Source: Candidatus Cloacimonadales bacterium (GTDB lineage: Bacteria > Cloacimonadota > Cloacimonadia > Cloacimonadales > JAFGVF01). Taken from it: 64,000 bases of DNA. The notes under the pieces were generated by a model that saw only the letters and a list, made by a program, of their open reading frames with translations, had not been told where the DNA came from and ran no database searches. This document shows positions 30,303 to 39,396 of this stretch, piece by piece. The position numbers and the translations under genes are program-made. The DNA is taken from the NCBI GenBank assembly GCA_963678315.1, contig OY782781.1, forward strand, positions 2,656,001-2,720,000. Reading direction: 5' to 3'. How positions within the stretch are numbered: position 1 is the stretch's first letter; every line of letters starts with the position of its first letter.

Positions 30303-30331
30303 AAAAAATAAGAGAGATGCAAGCATCTCTC
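30303..30331 (-). terminator. Intrinsic terminator after oadB
   Basis: GAGAGATGC/GCATCTCTC inverted repeat followed by TTATTTTTT on the minus strand. Confidence 0.65.
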
Positions 30332-30367
30332 AATAGTATTAAAATATAAGTACTACTTAATGAGGTA

Positions 30368-31477
30368 TTAAGATGAAAGAAGTGCAATTATAATTCCACC
30401 TGCGATAACAGAACCAATTTGCCCAGCAACATTAGCAGAAACAGCTGGCATAAGTAAGAAGTTAAATGGGTCTTCTTTCTGTCCCATTTTATGGACTACT
30501 CTAGCAGACATTGGGAAAGCTGAGATACCACAACCACCAACCATTGGGTTTATCTTCTTGGAGCTAAACAAGTTTAATATTTTAGCAAAAATAACACCGC
30601 CGGCAGTATCAAAAATAAAGGCAATTAGCCCTAAGCCCATAATCATCAATGTTTGAAGATTTAAGAATTTATCTGGTGTCATTGTTGAAGCTATAGAAAT
30701 ACCCAATACAATAGTTATTAAGTTAGCTAAAGTTGTTTGAGCAGTTTCTGAAATAGAATTAAGAACTCCACATTCTCTGATTAGATTTCCGAACATTAGA
30801 AATCCAATTAAGGAAACTGAGTCTGGAGCAATGAGTCCAGCGATAAAAGTTATCAAGATTGGGAAAAGTATTTTCACAATTCTAGGAATATCTTCAGCTT
30901 TATAATCCATTCTAATCAATCTTTCTTCTTTTGTAGTAAGAAGTTTGATTACTGGAGGTTGAATAAGTGGCACAAGAGCCATATAGGAATAAGCTGCGAC
31001 CGATATTGGAGCAAGTAAATCTTTTGCAAAACGGTTAGCCACAAAGATAGAGGTAGGACCATCAGCAGCACCTATCACACCAATAGCTGAAGCATCTGTA
31101 ATTTTAAATCCAAGAGCAGCAGCTAAGACTATAGTAACAAAAATACCAAATTGGGCAGCACCGCCAAATAAGAGCATTTTAGGATTCTGCAGAAGAGGTG
31201 TAAAATCAATCATAGCACCTATAGCTATAAACAAAATTAGTGGAAACATCTCATTGCTAATACCATAGTCAAATAGTATAGAAAGAGCACCTGTACCTTC
31301 AACAACAGCCCCCGAGAAGGGGATATTTGTTAAAATTGTACCAAAACCTAATGGTAACAACAATGTTGGTTCATACTCTTTTGCAATTGCAAGATAGATA
31401 AGAGTACCACCGATAATGTACATTACCCATAATTTCCAATCACCTAAACCAATAATTCCTTTAAGAAAAACGTCCAT
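30368..31477 (-). CDS. oadB: Sodium ion-translocating decarboxylase beta subunit (OadB/MmdB/GcdB family)
   Basis: EPTLLLPLGFG, IGAADGPT, AAYSYMALVPLIQPP, SAFPMSARV, NVAGQIGS; very hydrophobic. Substrate specificity cannot be determined. Confidence 0.9.
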   Translation of the reverse strand: MDVFLKGIIGLGDWKLWVMYIIGGTLIYLAIAKEYEPTLLLPLGFGTILTNIPFSGAVVEGTGALSILFDYGISNEMFPLILFIAIGAMIDFTPLLQNPKMLLFGGAAQFGIFVTIVLAAALGFKITDASAIGVIGAADGPTSIFVANRFAKDLLAPISVAAYSYMALVPLIQPPVIKLLTTKEERLIRMDYKAEDIPRIVKILFPILITFIAGLIAPDSVSLIGFLMFGNLIRECGVLNSISETAQTTLANLITIVLGISIASTMTPDKFLNLQTLMIMGLGLIAFIFDTAGGVIFAKILNLFSSKKINPMVGGCGISAFPMSARVVHKMGQKEDPFNFLLMPAVSANVAGQIGSVIAGGIIIALLSS

Positions 31478-31502
31478 TAAATCTCCGAGTTTATATTATA
31501 TT

Positions 31503-32519
31503 TTATTTTTCAATATATTTAAAAATAGTTTTAGGGAACTTATCAGTAACGATTAAAAAGCCGTCTTTATAATTAACTATTCCTTCCCAGTTAGAAGAGT
31601 AATCTAATGCTTCTTTTTTTATGTACACAGGTTCCCTATTGTTATCATAGATTAATTTATCATTAACTAACTTTAATGGTATAATTCTTTCTACACCTTG
31701 TTCAAAATTGTTAATAGTACTATAAGGATTAGCAATATAATCTGTGCTTGGTTTATATTTTTCAACATCACCTGGCCAGAGATAATTTATAGCCCATCCT
31801 TCTCCAGCTTTATTAAACTGAGTAACATCAGTAATTCTATACTCAATAGAGTCCATCGCTAAGTCTTCTACACTTGAAAATGTTTTGCTAATTCGCTTTA
31901 CTATTGCTTTCTTGTTAATCAAAGCTCCATTTGCTTCATAAATAACATAGATGTAATCATCTGTTGTAAAACTAGATTCAAAGGAAGCATTAAAAACATC
32001 TGAAGGTAAATCTAGATAATAGTGCACTTCATTGAGAATTTCTAGTTGTGTATCATTGTTAATCATTTGAGCCTTAACAAGAATTGATTGCTGCGTTTGT
32101 GAGTTATATTCTACTGTTAGATAAAAGAATTCTCCATCATAACATATTGATTCAAAACCTTCATAGCCAGGAAGAAGTTTATAGGTCTTGTTGTTTACTA
32201 CTTCTACGGATTTAGGAGCTAATTCATACTTTCCATTTTTCTTGATTGCCTTATTGATTTCTTTAGAATCAAGAAGAAAGATAACATCTTTGCCAAGTTC
32301 CTGCCTAAAATAGGATGGATATTGTGGGAGCATGACTAGCATATCATCATACCAACATAATCCTGAAAATTCAGCATTAACATTTGAAGTTTCTTCATTC
32401 AATTTCAATTCTACTACAATACTTTCATTGTTACTATAATCACTAGATGAAAACACATGACATCCTGTTAAAATAGTAAGAAGAACTAAAACTATTATAT
32501 ATTTCCTGTTAAATTTCAT
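31503..32519 (-). CDS. Hypothetical lipoprotein, possibly a beta-propeller
   Basis: 338-aa ORF, lipobox LTGC; repeated EFSGL/GFESI/SFES/NWEGI motifs; GGGG RBS-like. Confidence 0.7.
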   Translation of the reverse strand: MKFNRKYIIVLVLLTILTGCHVFSSSDYSNNESIVVELKLNEETSNVNAEFSGLCWYDDMLVMLPQYPSYFRQELGKDVIFLLDSKEINKAIKKNGKYELAPKSVEVVNNKTYKLLPGYEGFESICYDGEFFYLTVEYNSQTQQSILVKAQMINNDTQLEILNEVHYYLDLPSDVFNASFESSFTTDDYIYVIYEANGALINKKAIVKRISKTFSSVEDLAMDSIEYRITDVTQFNKAGEGWAINYLWPGDVEKYKPSTDYIANPYSTINNFEQGVERIIPLKLVNDKLIYDNNREPVYIKKEALDYSSNWEGIVNYKDGFLIVTDKFPKTIFKYIEK

Positions 32520-32635
32520 AACTTTATCCCCTAATTATAATCATTGGCAATTTAATTTTTCCTATATTCTAGTAAAGTAAAAAAGATAAAATGTTCTTTC
32601 AGTATTAGTTTAAGAATTTACATTTCATATTATTC

Positions 32636-33199
32636 CTACTCGGTAACTTTCTTTCTACGTCCTCTTGTAGTAGTTGTTTTAGGTGCCGATTCTTCTTTAG
32701 GGGTTTCCTTCTTCTTTCTTGTTCTCGGAGAAGGTTTTTTTACTGATTCATCCTTTTCGATAGGATCAACCTTATCTAGATTATTATAGCTTATCGGTTC
32801 TGTAATCTTTTGTTGTTTCATTTCGATTTTAATTACTGGCTCAATTTTATGAGTGACGATAAATAACTCTTTACCTCTTGTTAATGCAATCTTCTTTTCA
32901 ATATCCATTGCATCAAGTTGAGATTTTTCAACAACTTCTTCAATCATACCTGTTTTCTTATCAACAATTTGAATAAACATTTGTTTTGTTGCCATAAAGA
33001 CTACCTCCATCTTATATTTATCTGGGAATTTATTAATCATTTCCTTTACAAAGGTCTGATACTTCCTTCTATTTTTATTGTAATAGAAAGGGAAAACTTC
33101 ACAATTAGTTAAATAAGGGCAGACAGCACATAACGATGGTGTGATTAATCTATATTTGTTTCTTTCACATGTAAGAAACTTAGATCTACGTCTAGCCAT
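32636..33199 (-). CDS. Hypothetical protein with N-terminal 4-Cys cluster and basic Lys/Arg-rich tail
   Basis: AAGGAG RBS; C-x12-C-x2-C-x5-C; tail KKPSPRTRKKK...TRGRRKK. Confidence 0.75.
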   Translation of the reverse strand: MARRRSKFLTCERNKYRLITPSLCAVCPYLTNCEVFPFYYNKNRRKYQTFVKEMINKFPDKYKMEVVFMATKQMFIQIVDKKTGMIEEVVEKSQLDAMDIEKKIALTRGKELFIVTHKIEPVIKIEMKQQKITEPISYNNLDKVDPIEKDESVKKPSPRTRKKKETPKEESAPKTTTTRGRRKKVTE

Positions 33200-33582
33200 T
33201 ACTTAACTCCTTAAACTTAAATTTATATCTTTATAAAACACTAACAAAATAAGTCAATGATTATCTTAAAAAAATTTAAGGATACTTAATTTATTAACTC
33301 AAGCTTGTTGGTATATAGTTTGTTCTATTAAGAATTTCTGAGCAACAACACAAATCTGTACTCAACTTAAGTATTACTTAAGATATACTTATTTATTTTA
33401 AAACTGGATAATACTTTTGGGCTTATTCAAAGATTAAAGGTCTTATTTTTGTCAGCTTTCATGCATTATCGGGTTTAGTTTGTGAATTATATTTTAGATC
33501 TTAATTCCTATTTATAAAAAAAACAATAATTAATTTGACAAGTTTGTATTTTAGTTTCATAGTAACATTTAAGGAGAGACAG

Positions 33583-35502
33583 ATGCAAGAACCGGTTTTT
33601 TTAGACGAGATGTTAAATTACATCAATAACAAGGAAATAGATAAATTTGAGGCTAGATTTAAAGAGTTACAAAGCTCATATCCAGATGATTCTTGTGAGT
33701 TTATTGAATTGCTATTAATCCGTTTCTCTTTCATTTACTTTATACATAGAGATATGGCTAAATTAAAAGAGTTTGTTGAAAAATATCAATCAAATATTTT
33801 AGATAGCGGATGTATAAAGCAACAAATTAAATTTTTGACAAATGCTGGAATTGTCTACGTTAATTCGGGAGATACATCTAAAGCTCTGTCCAATTATAAA
33901 GAAGCAATGAAACTAGCGAAAGATAATCATGAAACAAGATACTTGGTTGGGATTTATGCTAATATTGCTTCGATATATACAAAAAGGAATAAATTTCACC
34001 AATCATTAAAATACTTGACATTAGCCTATAACATTGCTCAGGATAATCAAGAAGGGGCTAATTTCTCACACCTATTATCAAACTTAGGTGTAGTTTATAT
34101 GAACTTACAAGACTTTAAAAATGCAGAATTCTTTTTTAAAACCGCTTATAAGACTTATGTCTCACCATCAAAGCATAGTTTATTATCTTTATATACTAAT
34201 TTAGCATTAACCTACTCAAATCTCGGTAATTTTAGTGCTGCAGATAAATTCTTGCAGAAATTTGCAGAAGAATCCCTAGATGACAAAGTCCCTCCAACAT
34301 TAAAGATAGCAAACAAAAGAATAAAAGCACTTAACTATTATAATCAAAAACAATATGATCAAGCCTATAAGATTCTATCGGACTTATACAGATCAATAGA
34401 AGATATTGAAAGTGAAGATGAACAATTAAAAATAAAAGCAAATTATTTACTAACTGTCTCTGCCTATGGTAAGTACGATATCGTTTCTAGCCTCTTAGAA
34501 GATATTGAGAACAATAATAATCTCATTAAGCACCCAACGATTTATAGAATTTATTTAGAGGCTAAGATCATTTATTATGAAGAACAAGGTGATATTGAGA
34601 ATGCTCTTAAATATTCCAAGGAATTAAATGCTTTCTTAGATAAAGAGAATTATAAGATTAATATCTCTTCATTAGATGAAATCACAAAAATACTAAATGA
34701 TTCGAACAAGAGTATCGCTATGACTGCTTATGAAGAGAAAATTACAGAATTAAACAACACAAATAATGAGTTGATTCTTCAGAAAGAATTATTCCTTAAT
34801 TCTCTTGAAGACTTAAGAAAAGAAAAATCGATTAGAGATAGATTTATATCTATTATTACTCATGATGTTAGATCTCCAATTGGGAATATCTTACAACTTC
34901 TAGAGATGATAGAAGACTTTAATGATATTAATGAACAAAAAGAAATTATTGGTGAAATTAAATCGTCGATGTCAAAGACATATATTTTGATAAATGACTT
35001 AGTTTCATGGGCAAAAGAAATAATAGAACAACAACAAGTTAGTCTATCTAGATTCAATTGTAGAGAACTTATTCATAATTTAGAAGATTTATATTCTAAC
35101 CAACTAAAGAGAAAAGGTATAACAATCTTCAACCAAGTCTCAGATAAACATATTATCAGAGGATATAAAGAATCAATAAAGACTTGTTTTAGAAACATCC
35201 TGAATAACGCGATTAAGTACTCATACCAAAATACATCTATAATGGTTTCAGAAAGAATTGAGGAAGATAACATTGTTTATGTGATAACTAACCGAGGGGC
35301 TGGAATATCTCAAAAAAATATTGATAATTTATTCAATGTTTCAAAAATATCAGCACTTGGAACAGATAATGAAACAGGAATAGGTATTGGTTTGATTCTT
35401 GTTAAAGAACTTGTTAGGAAAAACAATGGTTCAATTAAATGTACGTCTGTTGTTAATGATTCTACAACATTTGAGTTATCTTTTCCATTAGTGAAACAAT
35501 AA
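33583..35502 (+). CDS. TPR-repeat sensor histidine kinase 1 (soluble)
   Basis: ATG at 33583 after AAGGAG; TPR helices (NAGIVY, NIASIY, NLGVVY); H-box THDVRSPI, N-box NILNNAIKYS, G2 GIGIGL. Confidence 0.9.
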   Translation: MQEPVFLDEMLNYINNKEIDKFEARFKELQSSYPDDSCEFIELLLIRFSFIYFIHRDMAKLKEFVEKYQSNILDSGCIKQQIKFLTNAGIVYVNSGDTSKALSNYKEAMKLAKDNHETRYLVGIYANIASIYTKRNKFHQSLKYLTLAYNIAQDNQEGANFSHLLSNLGVVYMNLQDFKNAEFFFKTAYKTYVSPSKHSLLSLYTNLALTYSNLGNFSAADKFLQKFAEESLDDKVPPTLKIANKRIKALNYYNQKQYDQAYKILSDLYRSIEDIESEDEQLKIKANYLLTVSAYGKYDIVSSLLEDIENNNNLIKHPTIYRIYLEAKIIYYEEQGDIENALKYSKELNAFLDKENYKINISSLDEITKILNDSNKSIAMTAYEEKITELNNTNNELILQKELFLNSLEDLRKEKSIRDRFISIITHDVRSPIGNILQLLEMIEDFNDINEQKEIIGEIKSSMSKTYILINDLVSWAKEIIEQQQVSLSRFNCRELIHNLEDLYSNQLKRKGITIFNQVSDKHIIRGYKESIKTCFRNILNNAIKYSYQNTSIMVSERIEEDNIVYVITNRGAGISQKNIDNLFNVSKISALGTDNETGIGIGLILVKELVRKNNGSIKCTSVVNDSTTFELSFPLVKQ

Positions 35503-35518
35503 GAGATTGAGATAGAAA

Positions 35519-37444
35519 ATGCAAAAAGTAGAAAAAGTTAATGATCTAGTAAAATTAATAAAGACTAGAGATCAAAAGAGTTTTGAGATAGGTTATGAAT
35601 CACTATTAAAAAGAGCAAAAAAATATTCGAAAGACTATATTGAGTTGATTATCTTATGGGTAAACTACGAATACTTGTTTATTGGAGACTTTGTAAAACT
35701 GTTTAATTATACCCAGTCTATTGAAGACGATGTTCTTAAATATGGAGATAAACAGCAGAAAATTAAATTTTTAACTAACAAAGGAATAGTACTATCAAGG
35801 CTTAACAAAACCGACCAAGCTATAGACTTATATAAAGAGTTACTTGAAATATGTAAAGATGACGATATGAAAATATCAAGAGTAGGTATTTTAACTAACA
35901 TTGGGGTTGCTTACAGTCGTCAACAAGATTATATAAAATCACTTAGATATTTTCTGGAAGCTTACCAGCTGAACTTAAAGATTGAAAGTAATGTTAAAAT
36001 CACTACTTTATTAGTAAACATTGGATCAATCTATTTGAATTTAGAGTTGTTTGATAAAGCTATCTACTATTTTGAACTTGCTTTGAAAACTGTAGTTCCA
36101 TCTAGGGAATATACAAAACCTGTTATTTACACAAATTTAGTAACTACTTACTCTTTGATTAATGACTTTGATAATGCTGAAAGAATAATAGAACTTCTCG
36201 AAGAATATAAAGATGAGAACAATAAAGCTTTTCAAGTTTCTTATCATAAAGCGATTATTAATTATTATTCCCAAAAGAAGATGTATAAATCAGCATTGCA
36301 AGAGTTTGATACTGTAATTGAATTACAAAATGATGAAAACTATGCCCAACAAAACTTTGTTTTCAAACTTGATATTGCCAAAATCTATCTCAAAATGGGG
36401 CAAGCAGACAAGTGTCTTCAAATCTTTGATGAGATAGAGTGGTTAAGAAAAAAAAGTGGTTTTCCAGAAGACCTTAAACAGCTATTGGAGTTGAAACTAG
36501 AATACAATAAACATATAGGCAATTTGGAAAAAGCCCTTGAACTATCACTTAAATTAAACAATGTATTGAAAGATGATTTCAAGATGCTCCAAAATGACTT
36601 AATTGAAAATAATACAAGACCAGTGATTAGTAATACTAGTGATATTAATCAAGCAGCTTATGATGATAAGATCCACGAACTTGAAGAAATTAACAGTGAG
36701 CTTCATGTTAAAGAGCGTCTCTTAGTAGAATCCCTAAATGATTTGAGTTATGAATCTAAACTAAGAGAAAAATTTATTTCAATCATTAGTCATGATGTAA
36801 GAGCTCCTATTGGTAATATTATTCAATTATTAGAGATGTTTAATGAACAAGATGATGATAATGAGAAAGAAGAAATCTTATTGGATGTTATGGATGCCAT
36901 GAAACAAACCTATCTTTTAGCAAATGAGTTAGTTAACTGGTCAAAAGAAGTTATAGAAACAGAAAAATCAAGTTTGGAATCTGTAAACGTTAACACAATT
37001 ATTGGAGATATTGAACTGCTGTTTAAGAATCAGCTCACAGCTAAAAATCTGGTATTAGTTAATAGTACAAGAAACGAAAGTCTAATTCTATCACATGAGA
37101 CTTCTATTAAAACATGTTTTAGAAATATTATTCAAAATGCTATAAAGTATTCTGAGCCTTATAATAAAATTGAAGTTAATCAGTTTGAAGATAAGGATTT
37201 CGTAATTTATTCAATCAAAGATAGTGGACAAGGAATGACACAAGAGCAAGTTGATAATCTTTTCAACACAGGTAAAATTTCTGCTTTAGGAACAAGCAAA
37301 GAGAAAGGTATAGGCATTGGTTTAATTCTTGTTAAAGAGTTAGTATTAAAAAATGCTGGAGAAATATCATGCTCATCAACGCTAGGAAAGGGAACAACAT
37401 TTGAGCTCAAGTTTCCTATACAAAAATCAGAAATTTGTAAGTAA
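35519..37444 (+). CDS. TPR-repeat sensor histidine kinase 2 (soluble)
   Basis: TPRs; SHDVRAPI, NIIQNAIKYS, DSGQGM, GIGIGL. Confidence 0.92.
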   Translation: MQKVEKVNDLVKLIKTRDQKSFEIGYESLLKRAKKYSKDYIELIILWVNYEYLFIGDFVKLFNYTQSIEDDVLKYGDKQQKIKFLTNKGIVLSRLNKTDQAIDLYKELLEICKDDDMKISRVGILTNIGVAYSRQQDYIKSLRYFLEAYQLNLKIESNVKITTLLVNIGSIYLNLELFDKAIYYFELALKTVVPSREYTKPVIYTNLVTTYSLINDFDNAERIIELLEEYKDENNKAFQVSYHKAIINYYSQKKMYKSALQEFDTVIELQNDENYAQQNFVFKLDIAKIYLKMGQADKCLQIFDEIEWLRKKSGFPEDLKQLLELKLEYNKHIGNLEKALELSLKLNNVLKDDFKMLQNDLIENNTRPVISNTSDINQAAYDDKIHELEEINSELHVKERLLVESLNDLSYESKLREKFISIISHDVRAPIGNIIQLLEMFNEQDDDNEKEEILLDVMDAMKQTYLLANELVNWSKEVIETEKSSLESVNVNTIIGDIELLFKNQLTAKNLVLVNSTRNESLILSHETSIKTCFRNIIQNAIKYSEPYNKIEVNQFEDKDFVIYSIKDSGQGMTQEQVDNLFNTGKISALGTSKEKGIGIGLILVKELVLKNAGEISCSSTLGKGTTFELKFPIQKSEICK

Positions 37445-37452
37445 AATTCAAA

Positions 37453-39360
37453 ATGAAATATGCAAGTGAATTTAAAGAATTATCTAGATTGTTCAGAGAA
37501 AAAAAGAAAGAACAGATAGCTAACAAGATTAATGATTTGAAATCCAAAATAGACTATCAAACTGAAGATTATGCTGAACTTTTTATTATGGAGTTAACTT
37601 ACATTTTCATGTTTGAAGGAAATTTTAAATTACTGCTATCAAGAATTAACGAAGAAGAAAAGCATATACTAAAAGTTGCCAACAAGCTTCAAAAGATTAG
37701 GTTATATGGAAACAAAGGAATAGTTTTAGCAAAATTAAGTTATTTTAAAGATGCTCTAGTATCATATCATGATGGGCTCAGTATTTGTACAAAAGAATTG
37801 GTTACTGAAAAAATAAGTTTATTAACTAATATTGGGGTAACTCACAATCGTAAAAAAGACTATATTCTAGCTCTTAAATACTTCTTAGAAGCTTATGACT
37901 TGTACAAGAATAGTGAAAGCGATATTAAACTTACTTCATTGTTAACAAATATAGGAGTGCTATATTTAAATCTTGAGATGTACCCTAATGCTATTACATA
38001 TTTAGAAATGTGTTTGGATACTCTTAGTGAAACAAGAGATTTCACAAAAAACCACATCTACATAAACCTCATTATAGCTCATTCACTCAACAAAGATTTT
38101 AAGAAAGCAGATTATTACCGACATTTAACTGAAACTGATAGCTCGTCCTATTCTAAGGCTTATGAAATTCAACTTCATAAAGCAATGGCAATTTATTATT
38201 ATAGTAAGAGGGATTTAACTAATTCAATAAATGAGTATAAACTAATTGAAAGTAAAGTGGATGAAAGGCGAGATAGTTCTGATAAAATACAATCCTGTTT
38301 AGCCACTTCAAAAAATTATTTCGAACTTAATGATTTAGAAAAATGTAAATACTATATTGATAAAATTGATCAAATCGGTAATGTAGAGAAATATGACAAT
38401 TTATATTTTGATTATTTGAAACTATGTAGAGATTATTACGAGCAAATTGGAGATATTCAAAGTGCTTATGTATATTCAAAAGACCTTGATAATGCTAATA
38501 GCTTAAAATATAAAAATCTAAAAATAAATATTCTCAACCATACCATGATTAACTTACATTCAGGTAAATATAATTTTAGCAGAGATGCTTATAATGAAAA
38601 GATAAATGAATTAAAGAACATTAATAATGAGCTTAAGGAACAAAAAAAGTTACTTTTAGAGTCGTTGAACGATTTATCTTATGAATCAGAGATAAGAGAG
38701 AAATTCATATCAATAATTAGTCATGATGTTAGAGCTCCAATTGGTAATATTATTCAAATGCTTGAAATGCTTGATGAATATGATGATATAGAGGAGCGAG
38801 AAGAAATACTAGAAGAAGTGATACATTCAATGAAACAAACATATTCATTAACAAATGAATTAGTAAATTGGGCTAAAGAGGTTATTGACAATAATATAAT
38901 ATCACAAGAATATATCAATATGACGGCATTAGTTGACGAAATATTTGAATTATATAATATGCAAATTAAGTCTAAAGCTATTATTTGTGAGAACAATATA
39001 AACTCTGATTTAGAGTTATTTGCACATAGAACATCCATCCAAACATGTTTTAGGAATATTATTCAGAATGCAATCAAATACTCCTTAGTCAAATCATCAA
39101 TTACAGTAAGTAATACAATAAGTGAGCAGAAAATTATCTTTTTTATTAAAGATACGGGGAAAGGAATGGAAGAAGAGCAACTAACAGGCCTTTTTGAAAC
39201 AAGCAGGCTTTCCACACTTGGAACTAATCAAGAATTGGGTATAGGTATTGGCTTACTACTTATAAAAGAGCTTGTTGTAAAAAATAATGGGACCATCTCT
39301 TGTGAATCTTCTCTTGGTAAAGGAACTACTTTTACATTAACTTTTCCTTTACATCAATAA
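37453..39360 (+). CDS. TPR-repeat sensor histidine kinase 3 (soluble)
   Basis: TPRs; SHDVRAPI, NIIQNAIKYS, DTGKGM, GIGIGL. Confidence 0.92.
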   Translation: MKYASEFKELSRLFREKKKEQIANKINDLKSKIDYQTEDYAELFIMELTYIFMFEGNFKLLLSRINEEEKHILKVANKLQKIRLYGNKGIVLAKLSYFKDALVSYHDGLSICTKELVTEKISLLTNIGVTHNRKKDYILALKYFLEAYDLYKNSESDIKLTSLLTNIGVLYLNLEMYPNAITYLEMCLDTLSETRDFTKNHIYINLIIAHSLNKDFKKADYYRHLTETDSSSYSKAYEIQLHKAMAIYYYSKRDLTNSINEYKLIESKVDERRDSSDKIQSCLATSKNYFELNDLEKCKYYIDKIDQIGNVEKYDNLYFDYLKLCRDYYEQIGDIQSAYVYSKDLDNANSLKYKNLKINILNHTMINLHSGKYNFSRDAYNEKINELKNINNELKEQKKLLLESLNDLSYESEIREKFISIISHDVRAPIGNIIQMLEMLDEYDDIEEREEILEEVIHSMKQTYSLTNELVNWAKEVIDNNIISQEYINMTALVDEIFELYNMQIKSKAIICENNINSDLELFAHRTSIQTCFRNIIQNAIKYSLVKSSITVSNTISEQKIIFFIKDTGKGMEEEQLTGLFETSRLSTLGTNQELGIGIGLLLIKELVVKNNGTISCESSLGKGTTFTLTFPLHQ

Positions 39361-39396
39361 TCCTTTTAAATAAAATTTAATACAGAAGCATAGAAG

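Noticed and set aside
33535..33582. Longer ORF-track starts (33535; likewise 17808, 48734, 50342, 53146, 55794, 56563)
   Set aside because: Downstream ATGs have better Shine-Dalgarno spacing and match expected N-termini; the 33535 TTG is part of a probable -35 TTGACA.
33200..33582. Small signalling-peptide ORF for the TPR kinases
   Set aside because: I saw only tiny ORFs without RBS or signal-like character, so there is no support.
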